A stretch of DNA of 64,000 nt, taken from contig OZ024743.1 of assembly GCA_964016885.1 (NCBI GenBank), positions 372,186,001 through 372,250,000 of the forward strand, read 5' to 3'. Below the pieces are notes generated by a model. That model saw only the letters and a program-made list of their open reading frames with translations, ran no database searches and was not told the origin of the DNA. The DNA is from Eledone cirrhosa. Lineage: Eukaryota. Positions within the stretch are counted from its first letter, which is position 1, and every line of letters begins with the position of its first letter. Positions 13,430 to 26,389 of this stretch are shown piece by piece. The position numbers and the translations under genes are program-made.

Positions 13430-14528
13430 AAAATAATAAAAAATAAGAGAAAGATATATAAAAATATAAAACTGGATAGTGAGAAGTGATAAAAAACAAA
13501 AACTATAGAGTCTAAAACAGCTGCTATATTTAGTTGGTATTGCTTTTTCGGCCAATGATATAGAATGAGTTGAGAATAGAAGATACTAAATAAGAATTAT
13601 TGAAATTGTAGAATTGGGTAGTAAAAAGTAATACACAATCTCTGGGGTCTAACACAACTGCTATGATTTGGCCAATGCCATCTTTAAGTTACTGGGGTGG
13701 GGGTACTGAGGCTACAGAGGTCCGATGGACTGCCTCGGGGTAGGCGAAAGGGGAAAAAAACGAGGAAGAAGATCGGTGGTGGAAGGAGGTGATAGGAGGA
13801 GACAAAGGGAAGAAGAAAACATAGAGGAAAAGAGGTACATCTACCGATGTAAGCTGGGGTTTCCCCTATCTTATTCGGCAAGTGGGGGTGTTTCAGCTCT
13901 TGTCTACCCACCCGAATCGTTAGGGGGTTTGAGGGCGAGGTAAGTCTTCCGAAATCTGTGTTTGCATGCAGTTACTAGTTCGTCTTTTGTTTAGGAGTTG
14001 ATCCTTCGTAAACAGCATTTGTAATGTTTCCTCCAAGCATAAGTTACACGGACGGCGTCCTCCCGTGTAAGAGTTAGCTCTGGACAATAAGCTCCAAGTA
14101 AGATTGTAAGTTATATTATTATCTTGGAGGTCCCAGATGTGGCCCGAAAGTGTAGTGGCATGTCGCCGGACCGGGTTTTGGAACGTATGTCGGTGTTGGT
14201 AGAGCCTGGTCTTAAAGCCACAAGCGGTTAATCCTATATAAGCTTTGTTGGAGGTGTCCGTCCTCACGTTGCACTGGTAGATCACGTTACGTTCTCGGCA
14301 TCTGTTGTTGAGGGGGAACGTAGATCTATCAGGGCAGTTACAGCTCCTGGTCGGCTCTCCACTAATGTCTAGGTTGTTTCTTCCATAGGGGTTGAGTTTT
14401 TTGTTGTTTGAGGAGACGATGTTTTGTGCGAAGTTAGGTGTGGTGCTGTAGGAGAGCTTGATAGTGTTTTTGTTGATTATGTTGTGGTAGGGGTGTTGTA
14501 GTGGAAAGTGTTTTTCGAGATACTTCAT
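13430..14528 (-). mobile_element. Penelope-like element 3' fragment (GIY-YIG endonuclease; tentatively Hydra-type)
   Basis: ORF 13920-14528: IKLSYSTTPN...CNC...FPLNNRC...NVIYQC...YIGLT...FKTRLYQH...CNLCLEE. Confidence 0.85.
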
Positions 14529-16900
14529 TTTTTCTGTTTAGCTTTGGCCTTCTAAGTTCTATTTCACTTGCCTCTCTGATTTGCCTATCTGCTGGGTCAT
14601 TTCTATGTTTAGATATTATTTTAATTTCTATGTTGTCGATGTTACCGTCATGTTGTTGACTGGCGTGTTCGTATAGTACTGAACCGTTTTTCGTCCTTTT
14701 AGTTCCCCCCAGTGTTGGTCTATCCTTTCACCTATGCTATGAGCTGTCTCGTCTATTTATGTTGTTGTCATGTTTCTGCAAGTACCCTCTGTACATCTTA
14801 TGCTATAGACTACGTTTCTAGTTTTACAGTTTATCCGGGGGTTTACTTTACATATAATACATTTCCTATTAGTACAGTGGGTTTTCTTAAAAGGGTATGT
14901 TTTGTTGGTCAGGGATTTTATGGTAGTTCCTGGCTTTTCTACCACTTTAATCTTTAAGTGGGTCTTCCTCGGGGCCTTTCTACACTGGTTAGCTAATTTC
15001 TCTCCAGGGGTAGCGTCCACGAACATGACACTCTGGTATCTCTAGTTGTCGTACCATGAGGTTGCTTTCCCTATCTTATGTTTAGTCCTATCTAAGCTAT
15101 TCCATGATTTGCTCCTGTATAATGGACAAATTCCTTTCATGTCCAGTTCTATGAGGGTCTTATATTTCTCCGTGGTTCCTTCGTATACTCTGATTCTGTC
15201 TTTTTGGTTGTAGCCAGAGAACTGCATGCTGTTAATGAAGTGTTGGATGTGTCTTTCCATTTCTGTTGGGTCGCACATGCGGGACACGTTCTTCATCACT
15301 CGTACCAAGTCTTCGATCAGAATATTAAACTTAACACTACTGGACTTTACTGAGTTTTTGAGTATCAGGTATTTGGAGGCCATGGGTTTAGCGTAGTGTG
15401 AGTGGAGAATTTGGGCCCTCTCGTCTATAGTGTTAATCCAGAGTTCCGTGTCAAATACAGGTAGTCTACTGTTAGGCTGTTTGGAAGGGTAGTCAATAGT
15501 TAGTTATACTCTGGTGTATGGAATTAACTATCTGCTGGATGCTTTCCATTGTTCTACATTCTAAATCATATTTCTTAGTACTCTCTTGTGGGGGTGTCCT
15601 TATTAGTATATTAATGTCGTCTATGTAACGAGAGTACATGATGAGGTCTATGGAGCTCTCATCAAGGAGATCTTTGAGTCTCCTTTCCCACCATACCATA
15701 AAAAGGTTGGCAACGTCACCAGCTATGCTGACGTCAATGGCTGCTCCCTCATTTTGGGTGTAGATCTCGTTGAATTTGAATATGTGGCCCTTTAGGGTAG
15801 TTTTAATACTAGCCCCTATTGCATGCGCGACCATTTTTCTTATATGATAATTGTTTTTGGGGGTCCGTATGGTTTTGGTCCCCCCAATCCACCTTCCCAT
15901 GAGAGTCCTTTTTGCCATTGAGGTTATGGTGGGTGGGTGGGGTGGGGGGTTACTTCTTATGGGTCTACTGGGGCAGAAACGGCTAAGGTCATGGATATCT
16001 AGGTAGTCAGTGTCATAGGTAAGTCTAAGTAGGAGGCCGAGTTCGTCTGTGTCCACGCCGCAGAACTCCACCTCACTCCCACTGATCATCTCCACACATT
16101 TTTCCACAACAAAATCAATGTTAATGGATGGGTACAGTGATACCACATCCATGCTGCCTATTGTGCAGTTAGATAGGTTTTTGTTTTTGTTGCATTCATT
16201 GATTCTGCTGAGGAGGTCCTCTGTACTGTCACATACATCTGGGGACATCTTGATTATGGGATGTATAACCATTGAGAGGAAGTAGGAGATCCTGTAGTTA
16301 CTAGCGATATTGGCTCCGCATACAGGTCTTATTGGTGGTCCTGATGTCGGGTCGTCGACTGTCTTATGGTCTTTGCGGAGCCCATACAAGGGTGGTATGC
16401 CATTGTTAGACGCCTGGAAGTTGTTGGCAGTGCGTCTACTAGGCTTTAGGATGTCGGTCCACATCATCATGTGAGCGTTGAGGATCTTCTCTCTCTCCTC
16501 ATGTGTTTGCTGTGTAATTTCGCTCGTGTTGGTGATGTGGGGTTACATAGCCTTGATGTAGTTCGGCATGATATCTATTGACATCTTACCATATTTATCT
16601 GTGGGTAGACACACTACCTCACCATCCCTTGTGCGTTGCTTGAGGCTAACTAAGCCTTCTACAGGTTTCATTCCAAGTTGTTGGACCTCTGGTCTGCTTT
16701 GTATATCGGTCTACTATTTGTCTAATCTTATTTATGGCTATGGTAAACTGTACCCCTATCTCGTCATCTATTTGTTGTGGTATACAAACCCTTTTATTAA
16801 AGGGTAACCTCGTAGGATAAATTTTACTCATCTTATATGTTTTGTCAGCTGGATTGAAGAATAGTTTCTCTAAGGGGTTGTCATTATATCTATTGTTATA

Positions 16901-17092
16901 TACAAGGGCGGTGGATTGGCAGTATCGGTAGAAGGTCGGATGCCATGCTTTGACGTATAGAGTTACGGCCCTTGCCATTCTGAGTTCAAATCCCGCCAAG
17001 GTTAACTTTGCCTTTCATCCTTACGGGGTCGATAAAATAAAGTACCAGTAATACACTGGCTAATTGCTGACCTTGTGCCTAACGTAGAAACA
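16901..17092 (+). mobile_element. tRNA-type SINE with 18-bp TSD
   Basis: A-box-like TGGCAGTATCGG and B-box GAGTTCAAATCC, conserved GCCTTTCATCCTTACGGGGTCGATAAA body. TSD ATTATATCTATTGTTATA at 16883-16900 and 17093-17110. Confidence 0.9.
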
Positions 17093-17099
17093 ATTATAT

Positions 17100-17640
17100 C
17101 TATTGTTATAGTTGCGTGTGTTGCTATTATTGTTATTATGGTTGTTGTTGTTCCTACCATTAACATTATTATTATTGTTATGATTGCTAGATGTATTGTT
17201 GTTATGATTGTTAGATGTATTGTTGTTGTTTTCTTTATTGTTATTGTTGTTGTTACTGTTATTTCTACCATTGTGGTTGTTACTTTTATTATTATGTTTC
17301 TTGTTTTTGTTGTTGTTTTTGTGTCTATCATTAATGTTGCCACTCGTATTATTTCCATTATTACTACTGTGGTTGTTGTTATTGTGTGTGTCGTTAATGT
17401 TGCTACTGGTATTATTTCCATTATTACCACTGTGGTTGTTGTTGTTGTGTGTGTCGTTAATGTTTCTATTATTATTATTGTGGTTGTTATTGTTGTTCTG
17501 TCTATCGTTAATATTACTACCATTATTATTATTACTATTTCTCTCTCCTGCTATTGTCATTGTTATGACTATTACTATTATAGCTGTTATTTCTATACTC
17601 AGAGTTGTTGTCCGTATAGTTGTTGTTGTTGTTTATTTTC
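17100..17640 (-). repeat. (AAC/AAT)n trinucleotide tract encoding poly-Asn inside the PLE ORF
   Basis: Minus-strand frame gives NNNN runs; internal ~63-bp duplication. Confidence 0.8.
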
Positions 17641-19169
17641 GCATTCCAACGTATTTTTGTGAAACACTTTTCCAGCTCCGTTTTGCACTCGATTAGCTTT
17701 ATATTTTTGTAGATAGCAAATTTCGGTGGAAGCTGTAGAGCCTGTTGTTCTTGTTCATTGATTAAAGTGTTTCCATAAATATTTATTGTATGGTCTTTGG
17801 GAAATTCTGCCGGTAATGCTACGTCTGTCATACGGATATTGTTGATGTTATCTGGGTATTTTTGTAAATCTTCTATTTTCCCTTCTTCTTGTTTTTTCTT
17901 CTTCATCCATCCTAATTTCTTATTGAAATGTCATTCGTTTTCAGCATATTTTGTTTCACGTCGAATGATGCCCATGAGTTCATTTATCACGTTTGGTGTG
18001 GTGAGATTTTGAACTTCCTTAACGTTAACGCGTTTCTGTTTGTAAAGTTCGTTAACTTTTGTATATGTTATTCTTTTCATATTGACTGTTAATGTGTGTT
18101 TTAGTCGTTCAGCTTGTGTTTTGTTTAATAATAAATTATTTACTTGTTTTGATATGTTTGTTGTGTATATTTTGAAGGAAACACAGTGTTTTAAGAAGCG
18201 AATTTGTTCTGTTGTTATTGTAGTTTTTATATAACAGAAAACAGTGTCTTTCAATAACCTTTCAGCTCGGCACAAGCTAATGCCATGACGGCGATGAATT
18301 TGTTTTGCGAGGTTTTTGATATAAAATTGTGTGTCGAAACAAATATTGTTACACTTGGGGAGGGTCATATTGTTCTAATAATATTGCCAGAATTAATAAC
18401 AGAACACACTCACATTTTGGTTGGTTTTCGCTTCTGTATCTTTTATATCAGTTAATTCATTCGGTCCTCAATGTTTACCATTGACTGACCAACGGTCAAA
18501 AATACAGATATAATATAGATATAAACATGTCAGCTGGATTGATTTAGTAATAAGGACACCCCCATAGCTGATTAATATAGTAATAAGGACACCTTTAAGG
18601 AAGGGTATTTTAGTAGTGGTTATTAGAATGATTATAACACGGTTATTAGATGTAATAACAAGAATGGCCGATTTACTTTATATATAAAGGTTTACTTCAC
18701 TTCAATCAAAAAGAACAATAAACATATTACCACGAGTTGCGAAGGTTGAGAATGTTATTTTGTTGTTGGTTCATGAGGCTGGTGTAGTCTACGAACAAGA
18801 GAGAGAGAGAGAGAGAGTAATGGTCTGTAATTGACTGTAGACCACTGTGGCCTGTAGATAGCGGTGAATCTTTCACATAGTTTGTAACAGGGTACTGTTC
18901 CGATCGCTCTGTATGTCTGTAGACCTCTGGGGCCTGAAGGTAGCGGTGAATCTTTCACATAGTTTGTCTGTATCGTGGTGCTCCGATCTCTCCCTGTATA
19001 ACGTGAGAATATACAGGCTTTATATACCTGTCGCTTTCTGTCTCCCACCTCGAGGGGATAGCCCACGCATGAACCTGTTCACACCAAAAGGGTGGTGACC
19101 TAGAGTTTGACCTTTAGGTGTCACCCAAGGTTCAAGGCGTGGACAGATCTCACGACCCCCCCCCCCCAC

Positions 19170-20751
19170 ACACACACACAAAAGAGTACTAACAAGTATG
19201 ATTTAGAATGTAGCACAATGGAAAGCATCCAGCAGATAGTTAATTCCATACACCAGAGTATAACTGTAACTATCGACTACCCTTCCAAACAGCCTAACAG
19301 TAGACTACCTGTATTTGACACGGAACTCTGGATTAACACTATAGACGAGAGGGCCCAAATTCTCCACTCACACTACGCTAAACCCATGGCCTCCAAATAC
19401 CTGATACTCAAAAACTCAGTAAAGTCCAGTAGTGCTAAGTTTAATATTCTGATCGAAGACTTGGTACGAGTGATGAAGAACGTGTCCCGCATGTGCGACC
19501 CAACAGAAATGGAAAGACACATCCAACACTTCATTAACAGCATGCAGTTCTCTGGCTACAACCAAAAAGACAGAATCAGAGTATACGAAGGAACCACGGA
19601 GAAATATAAGACCCTCATAGAACTGGACATGAAAGGAATTTGTCCATTATACAGGAGCAAATCATGGAATAGCTTAGATAGGACTAAACATAAGATAGGG
19701 AAAGCAACCTCATGGTACGACAACTAGAGATACCAGAGTGTCATGTTCGTGGACGCTACCCCTGGAGAGAAATTAGCTAACCAGTGTAGAAAGGCCCCGA
19801 GGAAGACCCACTTAAAGATTAAAGTGGTAGAAAAGCCAGGAACTACCATAAAATCCCTGACCAACAAAACATACCCTTTTAAGAAAACCCACTGTACTAA
19901 TAGGAAATGTATTATATGTAAAGTAAACCCCCGGATAAACTGTAAAACTAGAAACGTAGTCTATAGCATAAGATGTACAGAGGGTACTTGCAGAAACATG
20001 ACAACAACATAAATAGGCGAGACAGCTCGTAGCATAGGTGAAAGGATAGACCAACACTGGGGGGAACTAAAAGGACGAAAAAACGGTTCAGTACTATACG
20101 AACACGCCAGTCAACAACATGACGGTAACATCGACAACATAGAAATTAAAATAATATCTAAACATAGAAATGACCCAGCAGATAGGCAAATCAGAGAGGC
20201 AAGTGAAATAGAACTTAGAAGGCCAAAGCTAAACAGAAAAAAATGAATGGAATAACAACACCCAAACCAACAACACTGACTTAAGAGAAATATAAATAAA
20301 TAAATAAATATATACACAAGCACAATAACAACAAACACATATAAGCACACACTAGTAAACTAAGATAGAATACAATAACCAAAACAGTCACCAAAACGCG
20401 AACACACACCAAACACTACACACACACGCATGAGCAGAGAAGACAAAAATAAATAAATAAATAAATAAACAGATAAAATAAATATGGCGTAGATATACAA
20501 ATACAACAGGAGGAACATAATAGCACCACTGACGATGTTGCAGATGTTCAGCAAAAGAACTTTGTTAGATTATATATATGTGTTTATATATATATTATAT
20601 CTGTATTTTTGACCGTTGGTCAGTCGATGGTAAACATTGAGGACCGATTGAATTAACTGATATAAAAGATACAGAAGCGAAAACCAACCAAACAGTGAGT
20701 GTGTTCTGTTATTAATTCTGGCAATATTATTACAACAATATGACCCTCCCC
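19170..20751 (+). mobile_element. Inverted copy of the PLE 3' end plus pseudo-LTR
   Basis: 19176-20245 is the near-identical reverse complement of 14527-15590 (same MASKYLILK and MFVDATPGE ORFs). 20590-20751 mirrors 18358-18515 and ends at the ORF start ATGACCCTCCC. Confidence 0.9.
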
Positions 20752-20900
20752 TATATATATATACTAAGAGAGATACTCGGCATTGCCCTGGAATGAAAGT
20801 GGTCCTTTTATATTAGAAGAAAGCAAAACATGTAATATAAAAATTATTCTAAATTCCATTTATTCTTCAATTGATAGGTGATTCCACATGTGTACGCATA

Positions 20901-21113
20901 AATGTAATTCTCAGGGAGATTCAGCATGTGTACACTTAAATATAATTCTCAGGGATATTCAGCATGTGTACACTTAAATGTAATTCTCAGGGAGATTTAA
21001 GCGTACATATACTGAATCTCCCCGAGAATTATATTTAAGCGTACACATACTGAATCTCCCTGAGAATTATATTTAAGCATACAGATGCTGAATCTCCCTG
21101 AGAATTACATTTA
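20901..21113. repeat. Palindromic minisatellite: ~40-bp unit about x3 followed by its inverse x3
   Basis: AATGTAATTCTCAGGGAGATTCAGCATGTGTACACTTA repeated, then TTTAAGCGTACACATACTGAATCTCCCTGAGAATTA repeated. Confidence 0.85.
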
Positions 21114-21471
21114 ATAATTTATGAATTTATTTATATACATCTATATACACATGTATAAATACATGTGTATTTACAAATGTAAAAATACATACATGTATTC
21201 ACATGTATACTGTATTATGAAGAGCCCGGTACTTATTCCTTGAGCTCATTACATTACAGGGGATTAACGCGAGTTTTTACTCCGTTTTTTTCATTTGATA
21301 TTTTGGCTCCTAATTTCTTTGTTTGAATGGTTATAGGTTGCCATTTCTAGCGATTTCTTGATCCATTCAAGCCACTATGTACTGTCTGGCGCGCATGTTT
21401 TCGTTTCTTTTTCCATGTGCGATTTTTCAGTTGTCTAAAGTCTCTTCAGAAGTGTTGACAGTATCTTCTTT

Positions 21472-21554
21472 ACACCTACCGACGAGCCCTGAGAAGTTAT
21501 GGCACCAACACTATATATGGCGAAACATTCGCTTCTTTGAGACTGTTTAGGTGT
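21472..21554 (+). ncRNA. Type I hammerhead ribozyme (CCGACGA core variant)
   Basis: ACACCTA-CCGACGA-GCC...GGC-GAA-ACA...TGT-T|TAGGTGT. Stem I is 7 bp and perfect. Confidence 0.7.
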
Positions 21555-21724
21555 TTTATAGTTATAAAGGTGCGTCTGTACATTTTAATTTAACTTTTTA
21601 ATTATTATATATTTTCCACACTTTTCGTAGACTTTATGTTCTTCACTCTAGTGGTTCTCTACCCCTCGTAATTGAAAACATACCCTTTTTGTGTTTTGTT
21701 ATCTATATACTGTGATATATATAT

Positions 21725-23020
21725 ATATAGTCTCACAAAGTTCTTTTATCACACACCTGTGACATCATCAGTGGCACTATTATGTTTCCTCCCATTGTAT
21801 TGCAATGTTTACTTATTCTACTTTTTATTTATTTATTTATTGTTTCTCTGGTTGCGCATGCGTTTGTGTGCGTGTTTTCTGTTTGGTGTGTGTTCGTGTC
21901 TGAGTCTGTGTGTATTGTGTATTTGTATTCTATCTTTGGTCGCTAGTGTGTGTTTATGTGTGGTTGTTATTGTACCTGTGTATATTTATTTATATATATT
22001 TACCTTAGGTCAGTATTGTGTGATTGTGTATGCTTGTTGTTGTTATTCCATTCATTTTTTTTGTTCAACTTCGGTTTTCAGTTGCTTCCCTAATTTGTCT
22101 ACCTGTTGAGTCATTTCTATGTTTAGATATTATTCTAATTTCTATGTTGTCTACATTACCGTCATGTCTTAGTCTGAATTGTTCATATAGTACCGGATCG
22201 TCTTTTTGTCCTTTTAGTTCCCCCGGTGTTCATCTGTTATCTCTCCTATGCTACGAGCTGTCTCTCCTATGTATGTCATCATGTTTCTGCAAGTACCCAC
22301 TATACATCTTATGCTACATTTCGAGTTTTACAATTTATTTATGGATTTATTCTACATATTATACATTTCTTATTAGTACAGTACAGTGGGTTTTCTTAAA
22401 GGGATAAGTTTTGCTGATCAGGGATTTTATGGTAGTTCCTGGTTTTTCTACCACTTTAATCTTTAAAAGGGTATTTCTTAGGGTCTTTCTAAATTGGTTA
22501 GCTAATTTCCCTCCAGAGTTTGCATCCAGGAACATGACACTCTAGTATCTCTCGTTGTCGTACCATGAAGTAGCTTTCCCAATCTTTTGTTTAGTCCTAC
22601 CTAAGCTATTCCATGATTTGCTCCTGTATAGTGGGCAAATCCCTTTCATGCCCATCTCTATGAGGGTTTTATATTTCTATGTGGCTCCTTTGTACACGCT
22701 GATTCTGTCTCTTTGGTTGTAGCCAGAGAACTGCATGCAATTGATGAAGTGTTGTACGTGTCTCTCCAGTTCAGTTGGATTGCACATGCGGGACACATTC
22801 TTCATCACTCTCACCAAGTCTGCGATCAGAATGTTAAACTTGGATATCCCTGAGTTTTGTGTATAAGCTAAATTAACTATAGTTAAATTAACTATAGGGA
22901 TATAAAATATACGGAAGCGAAAACCAACACATACCAAACAGTGAGTGTGTTTTATTATATATTTCTGGCAATATTATAACAGTATGACCCTCCCCAAATA
23001 TAACAATATATATGCAAAAA
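21725..23020 (-). mobile_element. Diverged PLE 3' fragment (relative of 14527-18530) with inverted 5'-end piece at ~22850-23020
   Basis: KFNILIADLVRVMKNVSRMC.P.E.ERH.QHFIN homology. 22910-22997 resembles 20670-20751. Confidence 0.85.
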
Positions 23021-23124
23021 ATAAATCACAACATATCAAATATGTTTAGAATAGTGTTTTTCAATAAGAAAGCTCAATAGACATTATCCAGAGCCATAAT
23101 AACCAAATAAAGAGATATATGTAT

Positions 23125-23238
<114 letters not shown>

Positions 23239-23549
23239 TCGCAGAAGAAACACGGTATATTGTATATATACCAAATATATATTCTATAGAAGAATAAGTA
23301 TAAGGGAAACCTTATAGCGCTATTTCATACATAGAGATTATGGCTAAAATCGATCTATGTAATCGATCATCGAAATAAAAATATTAAAAAATAAAAATCA
23401 ATATATTCGATCATCGAAGACAAACTATCGATTAAAATTAATCGACATGAGACTCAAAATATGTATTTGGTATATATACACTTTACCGTGTTTCATGTGC
23501 GATATATGGCTCTTTCTCTTTCTATATATACATGCATCTCTACATTTGG

Positions 23550-23588
<39 letters not shown>

Positions 23589-23596
<8 letters not shown>

Positions 23597-24650
23597 TTTA
23601 CATATATATATACATACATATACATATACGTGTTTTGCAACTGGTCACTTTGTGGCTCAATGAAAAGTTAATAAATTAAACAATCAGAGCTATATATCAT
23701 AAAACATGTCTATAGAATCACAAGATAAAATATATACTATTTCCTCTCCCAATTAGCATAATTAACCATATAAAAAATCGAATAGACCAGGCTATAAGAA
23801 TGAGGCTTCTATGAAGAAATCTCCGACAAATAACCGAAACTAGCGCTTCGCGTCGGCCGTAGCGGAATATTTATCGAATATTTCGACAGCGTAATCGCCC
23901 AGATATAGTCAACTAAACAGAATTAGGTGTAAAATAAACTAGGAGAAAATAGAATACATTTAAATACCTCTACCATGGTTTCGTCCGTATTTTGAGTTTT
24001 CCAATAATTATGTAATAATTATATAAACTCGAGCGCCGGATTCATCAGGAAGCTCGCTCTTATCTAGACACTAAATTTTCCAAAGTGATCGCGCCAAGAA
24101 ATTCATTTCAAAATGGCTAAAAATCGTGACGTAGTCGCGGTCAGGTTGGAAGGGGTGTGGTAGTTGCTTACGACTGGTGGCATTTTTGCTAGAAAGTACA
24201 GCACAATACAGCCAAATTTGTATCTCAACCTAATGGGAGATTATTACATATAAAAGTTTACATATATATATACATACATATACATATACGTGTTTTGCAA
24301 CTGGTCACTTTGTGGCTCAATGAAACATTAATAAATAAAACAATCAGAGCTATATATCATAAAACAGGTCTATAAAATCACAAGATAAAATGTATTCTAT
24401 TTCCTCCTAGTTTATTTTACACCTAATTCTGTTTAGTTGACTATATCTGGGCGATTACCCTGTCTAAATATTCGATAAATATTCCGCTACGGCCGACGCG
24501 AAGCGCTAGTTTCGGTTATTTGTCGGAGATTTCTTCATAGAAGCCTCATTCTTATAGCCTGGTCTATTCGATTTTTTATATGGTTAATTATGCTAATTGG
24601 GAGAGGAAATAGTATATATTTTATCTTGTGATTCTATAGACATGTTTTAT
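23589..24650 (-). mobile_element. Non-autonomous hammerhead-bearing element (660-bp unit, partial tandem plus inverted copy)
   Basis: 23589-23745 is repeated at 24249-24405. 24406-24650 is the reverse complement of ~23699-23944. Flanked by (TA)n. Confidence 0.8.
23967..24052 (-). ncRNA. Type I hammerhead ribozyme with extended stem II
   Basis: Minus strand: CTTC-CTGATGA-A-TCCG..GAGTTT..ATAATTAT-TAC-ATAATTAT..AAACTC..CGGA-C-GAA-ACCATGGT-A|GAGG. Confidence 0.8.
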
Positions 24651-24740
24651 AATATATATATATATATATATATAATTGGTGTGGGATGCTTAAAGCGTCC
24701 GTAAGCGGTAGGCCGTTTGAGCACTCATATATATATATAC

Positions 24741-25189
24741 ACTAGACCTGAAAAATGCGCAAGCTCAAAAGAGCCACAGAATGTTATAATAAACCTTCAA
24801 AAGTGTGGGACTAGAATTGTTGCTCAAAAATATTGTAATCATTATCTATCGTACTGTCTGTGGCATCATTTTATTAAAAAAGAGACTCATAACGAACTCA
24901 AGATGACACGATAATTATTTAAGCTAATGTTCAATATCTCATATTAGATGTTAAGTAATGATTAATACGAAATGCACTTAAACCGAATTCTAAATTATAA
25001 ATTCACTTAAATAATTATCGTGTCGTCTTGAGTTCGTTACGAGTATCTTTTTTTACAAAAGGATGCCACAGAGTGTACGATAGATAATGATTACAATATA
25101 TTTTAGCAACAACTCTAGTCCCACACTTTTGAAGGTTTATTATAACATTCTGTGGCTCGTTTGAGCTGGCGCAATTTTTCAGGTCTAGT
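24741..25189. mobile_element. Foldback/MITE with ~183 bp inverted arms, ACTAG...CTAGT termini
   Basis: 24741-24923 is the imperfect reverse complement of 25006-25189. Confidence 0.85.
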
Positions 25190-25293
25190 TTAATATTTTT
25201 TTAAGGCAACGCTTGTAATAACTCTAGTTAAAAATGATATATATTAATAATAAATTATCGTTGTAATGTAATTAGATTATTTTATAATCTAAT

Positions 25294-25486
25294 TACAAGG
25301 GCGGTGGATTGGCAGTATCGGTAGAGCGTCGGACGCCATGCTTTCCAGCATAGCTACGTCCCTTTACGATCTGAGTTCAAATCCTGCCGAGGTTGACTTT
25401 GCCTTTCATCCTTACGGGGTCGATAAAATAAAGTACCAGTGGTGCACTGGGTAATAGCTGGCCTTGTGCCTAAAGTAGAAACAATT
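25294..25486 (+). mobile_element. tRNA-type SINE (same family as 16901)
   Basis: High similarity to 16901-17092; imperfect ATTATTTT(T)ATAA duplication on both flanks. Confidence 0.9.
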
Positions 25487-26133
25487 ATTTTATAAACGAT
25501 CTTATAAATATTATTGTAAGATGTATAAAAATATTTTCAGACTTTTAATATAAACAACTACAAAAAACAATCAATGTTAAATAAATATATTTTACATAAT
25601 AATTGTTATAGTTGAATTAATAAAAATTAAATATTACATACAAATAGTCTAACATAATAATAAAAAAATAATCTAACATAATAATAATAAAATAATCTAA
25701 CATCAAACGAACAATAATATGGACAAATATACAAAATATGATACAGCCAATATTATAAGCATGTTATAAAGAACTGAAAAAAAAAATAGTTAATATAAAT
25801 TTTAAAAATCATATATAAATTAAAAATATAACTTACCAAAACGAGAAAAATATTTTGATGATAAACGACGAAATACAGGAGGAAGATTAGAAGCGAAACG
25901 ATAAATAAACGTACAAACAAAGTGGCGGATGCTTTTGAGCAACAATTACTGTCATTGGTTGATTAGCCAATAAGACGATGAAATTAGCCAATAAGACGAC
26001 ACATTACAAAAGATGTTTGGCAGGGATCACCACGGCCAGCGAATCCCTTTGAATTTTTTATTCACGAGCTACGCATATATGTCAGACATACAGACTTAAA
26101 ACATTCTGTTGTAAGTCACTGCGTGTCTAACAG

Positions 26134-26169
<36 letters not shown>

Positions 26170-26389
26170 TAGTAAAAGGAAAAGAAAATGGTGACAAATT
26201 TTTCCCAGTGAAAAATAGTTTAATTAGGAATAAGTAAAAATTAGTAATAAGTATTGGCTAGTATTCAGTTTTAGATTTAAGTTTTTACCGGTTGCGCATT
26301 TTTAATGCTTTTCCAAAATAATTTTGAGATAGAGCGTCCGTGATGTTTGCTCTAATCTAATATATATATATATATATATATATAATGAA

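Larger units (their letters stand above)
14527..18530 (-). mobile_element. Near-full-length decayed Penelope-like element (RT + GIY-YIG; tentatively Nematis-type)
   Basis: ATG at 18368 (MTLPK), N-terminal ORFs, Asn-rich tract, RT (LYGLRKDHK, PIRPV, SMDVVSLYPSI, RYIDD), C-x-C...NVVYSIRC...IGET GIY-YIG region. Interrupted by a SINE and frameshifts. Confidence 0.9.

Noticed and set aside
13420-13500. Apparent splice acceptor (TTTTAG) in front of the Helitron coding fragment
   Set aside because: More simply the junction with the AT-rich tail of the adjacent PLE; no upstream exon found.
16906-16996. tRNA gene
   Set aside because: A and B boxes belong to a SINE head; no complete cloverleaf.
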